This document shows, one piece after another, positions 45,679 through 45,679 of a DNA stretch of 45,679 nt. This DNA is from Candidatus Omnitrophota bacterium (GTDB lineage Bacteria; Omnitrophota; Gorgyraeia; JAGLLT01). Made by a program: the position numbers and the translations under genes. The DNA lies in assembly GCA_023140385.1 (NCBI GenBank), contig JAGLLT010000028.1, positions 1 to 45,679 on the forward strand, read 5' to 3'. The notes under the pieces are model-generated. The model was not told the origin of the DNA. It searched no databases and saw nothing but the letters and a program-made list of their open reading frames with translations. Position 1 is the first letter of the stretch; each line of letters opens with the position of its first letter.

Positions 45679-45679
45679 T
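44670..45679. repeat. Intragenic tandem repeats (~160-170 bp units) encoding SBBP blades
   Basis: Recurring CCAGAGCTGATTTCCGTTTGTATCATA and CCTGTTACATAGACATTACC blocks. Confidence 0.85.

Noticed and set aside
44670..45679. Near-identical repeats as diversity-generating retroelement TR/VR
   Set aside because: The repeats are in-frame propeller blades, differences are not adenine-specific, and no reverse transcriptase is in the window.
28780..45679. A true cellulosome
   Set aside because: Only one cohesin; no dockerin on any glycosidase in the window; no cellulase families recognised.

Overview
Bacterial, almost entirely minus-strand, cell-surface and glycan-handling island of a diderm organism. 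Gene content and repeat types suggest PVC superphylum or Ca. Omnitrophota, but this is inference only. In transcription order (right to left) it holds: a 5'-truncated SBBP beta-propeller protein ending in a dockerin; a cohesin-like protein with a PEP-CTERM anchor; three secreted single-domain CBM-like proteins; three paralogous unclassified (alpha/alpha)6 glycosidase-like proteins and one GH2 (most with CBM32/F5-8C modules); a stand-alone CBM32; a monosaccharide ABC importer; two tandem CBM-like PEP-CTERM genes with near-identical ends and a duplicated structured 3' RNA element; an 11-gene type II secretion operon (E-F-G-H-I-J-K-L-M-C-D); and a five-gene operon of large exported proteins including a lipase-like hydrolase. 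A 5'-truncated FecR-domain gene lies on the + strand. The most striking candidate system is an exosortase-anchored cohesin next to a dockerin protein, co-located with a T2SS and a glycan-utilisation locus. The non-coding DNA has several sigma70 promoters, a recurrent 16-bp operator-like palindrome, periodic inverted repeats and small palindromic elements, one inserted in-frame in a gene. No rRNA, tRNA, CRISPR array, transposase, exosortase or prepilin peptidase was seen. All domain calls are by-eye motif recognition, not database searches.
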